From positions 32,001 to 96,000 of the IMG/VR virus record IMGVR_UViG_3300015171_000001: a stretch of 64,000 nt of DNA, one strand, 5' to 3'. Source of the stretch: a virus. This document shows positions 1-6,839 of this stretch, piece after piece (the first letter of the stretch is position 1; every line of letters begins with the position of its first letter). Position numbers and translations under genes: made by a program. The notes beneath the pieces were generated by a model that saw only the letters and a program-made list of their open reading frames with translations, was not told where the DNA came from and did no database searches.

Positions 1-2
1 AT

Positions 3-164
3 TCATCAGATGATTCTATGGATAAATTAAAATCGTACTTCGCAGAAGGATTCGTTGTGGCTAAAAAAGAATTTTTGGGAGTAGATGTGTATGGTAGAAT
101 TAATAAATTGGTGACTATTAAAAAAAATAGTTCCGTAAATTATAAATTTTTGAGCGAAGCTTGA
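3..164 (+). CDS. 3' end of a hypothetical protein (partial, runs off window start)
   Basis: Frame 3 is open from the window edge to TGA at 162-164 (..SDDSMDKLKSYFAEGF..FLSEA*). Confidence 0.55.
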   Translation, partial: SSDDSMDKLKSYFAEGFVVAKKEFLGVDVYGRINKLVTIKKNSSVNYKFLSEA

Positions 165-172
165 TTATTTGT

Positions 173-201
173 TTGACAATTTTTAGTAAATAGAATATAG
201 T
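173..201 (+). promoter_or_regulatory. sigma70-type promoter for tRNA
   Basis: TTGACA (173-178), 17 nt spacer, TATAGT (196-201), upstream of tRNA at 237. Confidence 0.8.
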
Positions 202-214
202 TATTATTACGATA

Positions 215-232
215 GTTGATCTTTGATAGAAA
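215..232 (+). promoter_or_regulatory. boxA-like leader element, copy 1
   Basis: GTTGATCTTTGATAGAAA, repeated exactly at 393-410; lies between promoter and tRNA; resembles rRNA-leader boxA (GNTCTTTRA). Confidence 0.6.
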
Positions 233-236
233 ATAT

Positions 237-331
237 GGGTTCGTAGTGTAATTGGTAAGCACAAACAGATTTATATCCTGTGCGCCCCTGAATAGGGCTT
301 AGCCTCGGTTCAATTCCGAGCGAACCTACCA
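237..331 (+). tRNA. tRNA with UAU anticodon (Ile) and long variable arm
   Basis: Acceptor GGGTTCG/CGAACCT, A73, encoded CCA; D stem GTGT/GCAC with TGG loop; anticodon stem ACAG/CTGT plus an A.C pair, loop TTTATAT (TAT 272-274); V-arm GCCC/GGGC; T arm CTCGG-TTCAATT-CCGAG. Confidence 0.85.
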
Positions 332-349
332 TCCATAGTGGAAAAGATT

Positions 350-378
350 TTGCTAGTTTGTTAAAATTGATATATAAT
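350..378 (+). promoter_or_regulatory. sigma70-type promoter for second tRNA unit
   Basis: TTGCTA (350-355), 17 nt, TATAAT (373-378). Confidence 0.7.
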
Positions 379-392
379 TATCAATATGTTAG

Positions 393-410
393 GTTGATCT
401 TTGATAGAAA
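393..410 (+). promoter_or_regulatory. boxA-like leader element, copy 2
   Basis: Exact 18 bp repeat of 215-232 in the same promoter-element-tRNA context. Confidence 0.6.
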
Positions 411-416
411 TTACAT

Positions 417-496
417 CGCGGGAAAGACAAAAAGTTGAGTCGCTTCGCTCATAACGAAGAAATAGGGTCTTGGTGCAATTCCCCCTCCCGCAATCA
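417..496 (+). tRNA. tRNA-Met(CAT), initiator-like but degenerate
   Basis: CGCGGGA/TCCCGCA with C1:A72 mismatch; anticodon arm CTTCG-CTCATAA-CGAAG (CAT 450-452); T stem GGG[TCTT]GG/CCCCC has a 4 nt insertion; ends TCA rather than CCA. Confidence 0.7.
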
Positions 497-498
497 TA

Positions 499-583
499 AA
501 GATACACACAGCAATCCAAAAAATATGGAAAGATAGAAGAAATTCTATCAAAACTCATGAAGGAGTCTAAACTGATGTATCTT
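499..583 (+). ncRNA. putative four-way-junction structured RNA between tRNAs
   Basis: Closing helix AAGATACA..CAG / CTG.TGTATCTT encloses hairpins TCCA/TGGA, GATAGAA-GAAA-TTCTATC and ACTC/GAGT. Confidence 0.55.
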
Positions 584-591
584 GTTTTTAT

Positions 592-664
592 GCGATTGGT
601 AGTTTAATTAGAATATCTATCTACCAGATAGAAGAATGTGGCTCTAATCCACACCAACGCTCCA
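592..664 (+). tRNA. tRNA-Gly(ACC), atypical
   Basis: Acceptor GCG(A)TTGG/CCAACGC, U73, CCA; anticodon arm TCTAT-CTACCAG-ATAGA (ACC 623-625); T stem TGTGG/CCACA with non-canonical loop CTCTAAT; short D loop without GG. Confidence 0.7.
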
Positions 665-674
665 GTTTTTCGCA

Positions 675-782
675 GGACATTATACATGACGAGATATGAA
701 AATAGGTGTAATGTCCCAGATAGGAGAGGTCAACGCTTAACATATTTTCTTGTTCTCGTTAAGTTTGTCATTGACCTCTCCT
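675..782 (+). ncRNA. putative two-hairpin RNA with complementary loops
   Basis: Stem GGACATTATAC/GTGTAATGTCC (675-716); stem AGGAGAGGTCAA/TTGACCTCTCCT (722-782); loop 1 is complementary to the interior of hairpin 2. Confidence 0.5.
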
Positions 783-799
783 TTAAAATAACATATAAT
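771..799 (+). promoter_or_regulatory. sigma70-type promoter
   Basis: TTGACC (771-776), 17 nt, TATAAT (794-799); ATG at 806. Confidence 0.75.
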
Positions 800-805
800 A
801 TTAAA

Positions 806-1066
806 ATGAAATTAAAAGAAGCTGATGATAAGTTGTCCATGTATTTAATGCAACAAGAATGGTTACACAACCAAATTTCCAAATTATCAAATAAAATGGA
901 AAAAACAAAAACATTAAATAGTTCTGATAGAAAGAAATTTAAGGAACTTTATGCCAGATTGCATTCTTTCAATAAAGAAATTGATAGTTTTATGTTAGAG
1001 AATTTTCAAACATCAAATATTAATGAAGTTAAAAAAGAAATAAAGAACATTTCAAGAGATATTTAG
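806..1066 (+). CDS. hypothetical coiled-coil protein (start revised from 638 to 806)
   Basis: In-frame ATG 806 (MKLKEADD..) just downstream of a promoter; the upstream extension overlaps the tRNA and hairpins. Confidence 0.7.
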   Translation: MKLKEADDKLSMYLMQQEWLHNQISKLSNKMEKTKTLNSSDRKKFKELYARLHSFNKEIDSFMLENFQTSNINEVKKEIKNISRDI

Positions 1067-1076
1067 ATTTGTTAAT

Positions 1077-1367
1077 ATGGCCACTCAGGAATTCAATTTT
1101 ATCATCTCTAACCAAAATTTAGAGTCGAATAAGGATTTGATATCATTTTTGTTTAATGATGATCCTATAGAGTTTTTAGAGCCAACAATGACCATGTGGG
1201 ATATTTTAGTTAAATGTGAGATATTTCAAAGCAAGTCACAAGCAAGAAAAGATCCAAAATGGACATCTTCTACTATTCCAGAAGGATTTAATATATTTGC
1301 TCTTGGAAAATTAAAGCATAAAATATATATTTGGAATCCAATTAATTATGAAAATTTTATGTATTAG
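1077..1367 (+). CDS. small S4-like (TyrRS C-terminal-type) RNA-binding domain protein
   Basis: DILVKCEIFQSKSQARK..IPEG resembles the S4 motif LxxxGLxxSxSEARRxIxxG. Confidence 0.5.
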   Translation: MATQEFNFIISNQNLESNKDLISFLFNDDPIEFLEPTMTMWDILVKCEIFQSKSQARKDPKWTSSTIPEGFNIFALGKLKHKIYIWNPINYENFMY

Positions 1368-2142
1368 TGATATTCATCTTAGGCGAGAAATGTTTAGTAA
1401 TAAACTTCAAAAGATTTACAATCCCGATTTAACGATATTTTTAGGAGATTATTTTGATAATTGGCCAGAGACACATAAGCAAACAGAAAAGACTGCCATC
1501 GAATTAGCATGGTCATTACAGCAACCCAACAGAATTCATTTAATTGGCAATCACGATGCTTTTTATGCTTCTGGTGGAAAATATGCATTTGAGTGTAGTG
1601 GATTTACTCATCAAAAATTAGAAATTATAAATGATTATATCTCTCAAAAAATGTGGCAAGAACAATTTAAATTGGTTCATATAATAGATAATATTATATT
1701 TTCACATGCAGGATTATCAGAAGCAATTTGGTTTTGTCCATTTGTTAAAGATATTAAAAAATATATTTATGACAAAGAAGAACTTGCTATGAAATCTCTT
1801 TTGACTGGAGAAGAAGTCCCTCAATTATATGCAAGTTATCTTCGCGGAGATTATCGACGAAAATTAGGACATGCTGGTTGTACATGGATGGATTGGAAAG
1901 AATTTTCTTTGGTTGAAGATTATATACAAATTGTTGGTCATAGCAAAGGAACTGATGTAAAATTAAATATGAAAAACAAAAATACTTTTAATTTCTGTTT
2001 AGATACGAAAAATAACCACGTATTAACCATTGATACAGATAAAAAAGAATTTTTAGTGCATGATAACCACGAATATTTAAAAAATCCTAGAAATAAATCT
2101 TTAAAAGACTGTGTCACTGGAAGAAATATATTTTCTCTATAA
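1348..2142 (+). CDS. calcineurin-like metallophosphoesterase
   Basis: Motifs SDIH, GDYFD, GNHD, HAG, GHS. Confidence 0.9.
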   Translation: MKILCISDIHLRREMFSNKLQKIYNPDLTIFLGDYFDNWPETHKQTEKTAIELAWSLQQPNRIHLIGNHDAFYASGGKYAFECSGFTHQKLEIINDYISQKMWQEQFKLVHIIDNIIFSHAGLSEAIWFCPFVKDIKKYIYDKEELAMKSLLTGEEVPQLYASYLRGDYRRKLGHAGCTWMDWKEFSLVEDYIQIVGHSKGTDVKLNMKNKNTFNFCLDTKNNHVLTIDTDKKEFLVHDNHEYLKNPRNKSLKDCVTGRNIFSL

Positions 2143-2172
2143 AAATGAATATAATTAAATTCTTAATCAATC

Positions 2173-2352
2173 ATGAAAAAAACAAATTGTAAAGAAGATT
2201 ATAATTTATCTAACAGAGAAAAATCGCAATCTCCAAGAAAAGTTTATTTGTGGTGTGATTGTGATATGAATATGGTGGCACCATATCAAAAATGTTCGGT
2301 TTGTGGAAACAGAGTAGGAAAATTCAGACTCAAGCGAGATTCTAATTCTTAA
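2173..2352 (+). CDS. 59 aa zinc-ribbon-like protein (not in ORF track)
   Basis: MKKTNCK..WCDCDMNMVAPYQKCSVCG..; fills the intergenic gap. Confidence 0.6.
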   Translation: MKKTNCKEDYNLSNREKSQSPRKVYLWCDCDMNMVAPYQKCSVCGNRVGKFRLKRDSNS

Positions 2353-2393
2353 TTAATATTTACATTCCCCAGATAAAATTCCAATAAAAATTC

Positions 2394-2422
2394 TTTACAT
2401 TTTATAAAAATCGTGATATATT
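2394..2422 (+). promoter_or_regulatory. sigma70-type promoter with extended -10
   Basis: TTTACA, 17 nt, TG-n-TATATT; ATG at 2429. Confidence 0.6.
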
Positions 2423-2428
2423 AATTAA

Positions 2429-2878
2429 ATGATTAAATCTTTGTTTAAATATATGTTCAATATTGTTGAGGATCAAATCGATCCTACATATGAAATAACT
2501 ATTCCCACAAATAAGTGTTTTTATAAAGTAACTTTTATAGATGACTCGTTGTTTGAAAATTGGATAGAGCCCACCATAGATGAAAATTATATTTATTCTG
2601 GACTACATCACGCAAATAATATGCTCCTTTCAGATGAACAATTTTATAAAGTGTCTGGTACTTCTGTAAATTACCCAAAAAGTTCAATTAAAAATATATT
2701 TTTACACACATTGCCATTAAATGTACAAATGACAGTTAAAAAGTCCGATCTATACATTTATATAGATGGAAAAAAGAAGCCACTTTCTAACTTTGATAAG
2801 AAGGAAATTCCAATAAATATTCCATCAGATATAGTAAATTCAATTTCTTTTTGTATAAACCACATTGGAAATAGTTAA
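2429..2878 (+). CDS. hypothetical protein
   Basis: 149 aa ORF preceded by a promoter. Confidence 0.7.
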   Translation: MIKSLFKYMFNIVEDQIDPTYEITIPTNKCFYKVTFIDDSLFENWIEPTIDENYIYSGLHHANNMLLSDEQFYKVSGTSVNYPKSSIKNIFLHTLPLNVQMTVKKSDLYIYIDGKKKPLSNFDKKEIPINIPSDIVNSISFCINHIGNS

Positions 2879-3771
2879 ATTAGAATTCTATTCATTATCT
2901 CTTCTACATTTCCATTTTTATAAAAATATTGACTTTTATAAACTGCGGTCAAAACTTTAGTAATTTGTTCTTCTGTTGATTTATTATCTATTTTATTTGA
3001 TAAAATAATACCTTCTCCAATAGATATTGTTGGGACTCCTAATATTAAACTCTGATATAGACTTGTGGAATTAATGCCATATACCAATTTTGCTTTACTG
3101 GCTAATTTCATAAAAGCATCATTAGATTCTTTATAAGACAAATTAATATCCATTACAAATTTATTTTTAGATAACTTCTTATACTTTTTATAATTTTTAA
3201 AATCTCGTGGATGTATTTTATATATTATTTTTTCATTTTCAAATTTTTCCTCGCAGTGTTTTATAAAGTCTGTCATTTTTAAAAATGGTGAATGTAATTT
3301 GATACTACAGTCCCATTCCATTTGTGTGGGAATTAGAATATAATCTTGAGGGGAAATAATATAATCTTTCACATATTCTTTTTGAAAATATTTAAATTCA
3401 TTAATATCTGTTTGAGATACCCACGATATATCTTTACAGAGAGAAGATTTTCCAATGATGCCCTGTGGGTCAATCTGAACAGTTTCGTCCTGTGGCAAGA
3501 ATCCTGATTCAAAATAGAGGGTCTTCTTACTTAATTGCTCACAAGCAAAACGACAATTGATTATTTCTTCTCTAGATCCATTATACACAATACAGATGTC
3601 GTATGAAGTTATCAATTTTTTCCACTGATTTGTTGTTAATTTATTTCCACAACAAAAATCTACCGAATAGTTTTTATCTATGAAGTATTTTACATGGGGC
3701 AGGGTTTTATAATATTTGCTTCCATATAATGAAGTTATTTCATCTAACCAATGACAGTACAAAATTTTCAT
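2875..3771 (-). CDS. KpsS/KpsC-like capsular polysaccharide biosynthesis glycosyltransferase
   Basis: YFESGFLP..QIDPQGI, ILIPTQMEWDCSI, KIHP and INSTSLYQSL..GVP match the E-x-G, QxxxD, HP and INS motifs of the Capsule_synth family. Confidence 0.75.
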   Translation of the reverse strand: MKILYCHWLDEITSLYGSKYYKTLPHVKYFIDKNYSVDFCCGNKLTTNQWKKLITSYDICIVYNGSREEIINCRFACEQLSKKTLYFESGFLPQDETVQIDPQGIIGKSSLCKDISWVSQTDINEFKYFQKEYVKDYIISPQDYILIPTQMEWDCSIKLHSPFLKMTDFIKHCEEKFENEKIIYKIHPRDFKNYKKYKKLSKNKFVMDINLSYKESNDAFMKLASKAKLVYGINSTSLYQSLILGVPTISIGEGIILSNKIDNKSTEEQITKVLTAVYKSQYFYKNGNVEEIMNRILI

Positions 3772-3924
3772 TAAAATATTAAAATAAATTTATTTTTTAT
3801 TAAATTTCAAATATATATTGAATAGAAATTAAATCAACAGGGTTTAATTTCCATTTATGCCAACAAGAGTTGGGTAAATTTTAATATAAATTGTGTGCCA
3901 TATTGGACATAATAGGAGATAGAA

Positions 3925-4434
3925 ATGAGTACAAAGACAATAGTAAGTCATCCAAGAAATGACTTTAAATATAATGCAGTTCCATATAAATCATTCGATT
4001 CAATATTTGAATCATTTGATAAAATATTCGAGACTGCTTTTCGAGATTCTTTTCCAGAGTTTGAAAAGAGTTTTGGTTTTAGTTCAATAACAAATCAAGC
4101 TTATCCAAAAGTAGATATTATTGATTATCCAGAAAAAGTAGTAATCAAATCAGAAATTCATGGAATTGATAAGAAGGATATTAAAGTAACTTTAGAAAAA
4201 GGTTATTTAACCATATCTGGAAATAAACAAGATTCAGTTAAATCTGATGAAAAAGATGACGGAAAATATATTAGACGAGAAATTAAAAAGTCTTCTTTTT
4301 CCAGATCATTTACATTAGATGATCGTTTTGATGAATCTTCTATAAAAGCCGATCATAAAGATGGTATTCTATCGATAACCGTAAAGAAAAAGGTTATTTT
4401 AGAAGATCCTGTAAAAGTGATTAACATAGAATAA
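3925..4434 (+). CDS. hsp20: small heat-shock protein (Hsp20/alpha-crystallin)
   Basis: YPKVDI, LTISG, YIRREI..SFSRSFTL, ADHKDGILSITV; Shine-Dalgarno AGGAG at 3914-3918. Confidence 0.95.
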   Translation: MSTKTIVSHPRNDFKYNAVPYKSFDSIFESFDKIFETAFRDSFPEFEKSFGFSSITNQAYPKVDIIDYPEKVVIKSEIHGIDKKDIKVTLEKGYLTISGNKQDSVKSDEKDDGKYIRREIKKSSFSRSFTLDDRFDESSIKADHKDGILSITVKKKVILEDPVKVINIE

Positions 4435-4444
4435 TCAAAATATT

Positions 4445-4479
4445 AAAGGCACAGTTGAAATATACTGTGCCTTTGTTTT
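4445..4479 (+). terminator. intrinsic terminator
   Basis: AAAGGCACAGT-loop-ACTGTGCCTTT followed by a T-rich tail, after hsp20. Confidence 0.85.
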
Positions 4480-4503
4480 ATTTAGTAATTAATAGTTATA
4501 TAG

Positions 4504-5475
4504 ATGAATCAAAACAAATTTTTTATATATATTGTACTTTTTAGTGCTTTATTTATAGCATCTTGTGCGGCATTCTTTTCAATAAGAGGAATGGTTTTAT
4601 TATTTGCTAGTGCATATGTGGGAATTATGGGGAGTTCTCTTGAACTGGGTAAGGTGGTAACAATATCATTTTTATATAGATATTGGAATAAAATAAATAA
4701 TTTACTCAAAGTATATTTGTTTGTGGCGGTGTTATTCTTGATGGGTATAACATCATTGGGAATTTTTGGATTTATGTCCAGCTTATTTAGTACAAGTGCT
4801 GATAGTTTTGGGATATATACTCAAAAAATTGAATTAGTTCAGAATCAAAAGAATTATCTTGATATAGAATTAAAACAAAAACAAAAAAGAATAGATGATC
4901 TAAATAATATAAGAAACGAGCAAGAAAAAAGAATATCTTCTATTACGAATAATGCGACAAATAATAATTTAACAAGTATTCGTAAATTACAAGAACAAAA
5001 TATTCAAGAAGGAACTAATACAGAAACTCAAATTAAACAAATAAATTCAGAGGTAGATGTAATAAACAATAAAGAAATAGATTTAGATACTCAAATAGCA
5101 AAATTAAAATCAGATTCTACAAATACTAAAGATATTCAGACATTCAAATTTATAGCCGACGCCTTTAATATTCCACTAAATACAGCAGTAAAGTGGTTTA
5201 TTATTTTAATTATAATTGTGTTTGATCCATTAGCCGCAGGATTAATATTAGCATATAATATTGCATCTTTTGGAAAAATTAATAGAGATTTGGAAACTAA
5301 TGAAATAAATTCGACACAAAAAATAACTAATACATCACCTAATATTCAAGAAACAATAATTCCCAAAATTATTAAAGAAGCCCCGATTCCAGAAGAAAGA
5401 AATAATTTTTTAGAAGATTTGAAACAAGTCGAACAAATTATTGACGAGACAAATAAAAAAAAAGTAGTGAAATAA
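4504..5475 (+). CDS. membrane protein with coiled coil
   Basis: Three N-terminal hydrophobic segments, a long heptad region and a C-terminal TM (WFIILIIIVFDPLA). Confidence 0.75.
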   Translation: MNQNKFFIYIVLFSALFIASCAAFFSIRGMVLLFASAYVGIMGSSLELGKVVTISFLYRYWNKINNLLKVYLFVAVLFLMGITSLGIFGFMSSLFSTSADSFGIYTQKIELVQNQKNYLDIELKQKQKRIDDLNNIRNEQEKRISSITNNATNNNLTSIRKLQEQNIQEGTNTETQIKQINSEVDVINNKEIDLDTQIAKLKSDSTNTKDIQTFKFIADAFNIPLNTAVKWFIILIIIVFDPLAAGLILAYNIASFGKINRDLETNEINSTQKITNTSPNIQETIIPKIIKEAPIPEERNNFLEDLKQVEQIIDETNKKKVVK

Positions 5476-5738
5476 TAGAAGAAATTCCTAAGTATGCCTT
5501 GACTGCTTCTATGATCAATAACATTATAGTAGAAAATGTTTATGGGGAAACTCCTAACTATGTTGATAATAAAAAAGTTATATTGAATGATTATGATCAA
5601 TCTCAAATAGAACTGGATAAAAAAAGAGGAAATCTCAGACCTTATGAACAGTGGAATGCTGGTCGATAAAAATATTTAATACACAAAAATGTTTAATATA
5701 ATTTTTTTTTAATATGTAACTAATATATTATTACTACA

Positions 5739-6368
5739 ATGGAATATAAATTAGTATCAAAAACAAAGTTGATTAGAACAAATACTCAAGTTCTAAATGA
5801 AGAAGAAGGAAAACAAATAACCTCTAAATTATTAGAAGCATTAACACAATTTCACGAAAACAAAATACCTTTATTAGCACTATCTGCTCCAATGATTGGA
5901 ATTTGTAAGAGAGTTATTGTCACAATGTGCAACGGCTCAGAACCTAAAGTTTTTATAAATCCAGAAATTATAGAAAAAAGTCAAGATTTGGTTTTTTATG
6001 TTGAGCATAATCCATGTGTATCTTCTAAACATTATAAAACTATTAGAAGTAGATCAATTACAGTAAAAGATTCTTCAACAAATTATGTTAGAATATTTTC
6101 TAATGAAGTGGAATTAAAAGAAGAAAAAATGTATTCTGATCTTGGATTGAGAGAGTGTGTTTTATTACAGGAACAAATTGAATTATTAAATAATGTATTA
6201 CTATGTAATAATTCCGACATTAAAGTAAATAAATTTGTTAAAAAAGAACCTATTCAAAAATATGGTAGGAATGATAAGGTTTATATAGAAAAGGATGGGG
6301 AATCTCAATTTATAAAATATAAACTCGCAATAGAGTTAATTAATAAAGAAAATTGGAAATTAATTTGA
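5739..6368 (+). CDS. peptide deformylase homologue with degenerate active site
   Basis: LSAPMIG..RVIV, VFINPEII and R..SITV fit the PDF fold; EGCLS reads EHNPCVS and QHExDH reads QEQIEL. Confidence 0.75.
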   Translation: MEYKLVSKTKLIRTNTQVLNEEEGKQITSKLLEALTQFHENKIPLLALSAPMIGICKRVIVTMCNGSEPKVFINPEIIEKSQDLVFYVEHNPCVSSKHYKTIRSRSITVKDSSTNYVRIFSNEVELKEEKMYSDLGLRECVLLQEQIELLNNVLLCNNSDIKVNKFVKKEPIQKYGRNDKVYIEKDGESQFIKYKLAIELINKENWKLI

Positions 6369-6401
6369 TTTTTCATTAAATTTTTTTATATATAGATAAT
6401 T

Positions 6402-6551
6402 ATGACGAAAAAGACTATCAAGGAATTAATTAATATTATTGAATACTGTTTAGAGAAAAACAAAGTATCTAATTTAGAAGAAGCATTAGAAATTTTATAT
6501 GACGCTTTAGAAGAGTGTGATTATGGATCTGATGATTATGAAGATCAGTAA
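6402..6551 (+). CDS. 49 aa acidic hypothetical protein (not in ORF track)
   Basis: MTKKTIKELINIIEYCLE..DDYEDQ*, fills the gap. Confidence 0.6.
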   Translation: MTKKTIKELINIIEYCLEKNKVSNLEEALEILYDALEECDYGSDDYEDQ

Positions 6552-6554
6552 TAT

Positions 6555-6827
6555 ATGACAATTTATATTTTATTTGCAGTTTCCATTATTATTAACATAC
6601 TACTAATATATGGGATTATAAATTTATATAAAAAACTAAATAATTGTGAAGAATTAGTAGACTATAATGAAAAATGGTCACAATATTTCATATTAGAAAT
6701 TGAAAAACTTTATAATTCATTAAAGTTAATAGACGACAAAAATCTTTTTGAAAAAGATGATGAAGTTGGTTTTATCTTCTCAGAAATCTTAAAGATTACT
6801 GAAGAATTCAAAGAAAAAATCAAATAA
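6555..6827 (+). CDS. small protein with N-terminal TM helix
   Basis: Hydrophobic residues 2-25, then helical FEKDDEVGFIF. Confidence 0.7.
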   Translation: MTIYILFAVSIIINILLIYGIINLYKKLNNCEELVDYNEKWSQYFILEIEKLYNSLKLIDDKNLFEKDDEVGFIFSEILKITEEFKEKIK

Positions 6828-6839
6828 AAATAAGTAAAA

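Noticed and set aside
237-331. Reading the first tRNA as a TTA ochre suppressor
   Set aside because: Centring TTA breaks the ACAG/CTGT stem and the U33/A37 register; TAT fits
173-799. Assigning a host phylum from promoter style
   Set aside because: TTGACA/TATAAT promoters are shared by many phyla, so the evidence is insufficient
361-805. ORF 361..558 (-) and the 638-805 extension of ORF 638..1066
   Set aside because: Both overlap tRNA/ncRNA structures; a promoter points to ATG 806
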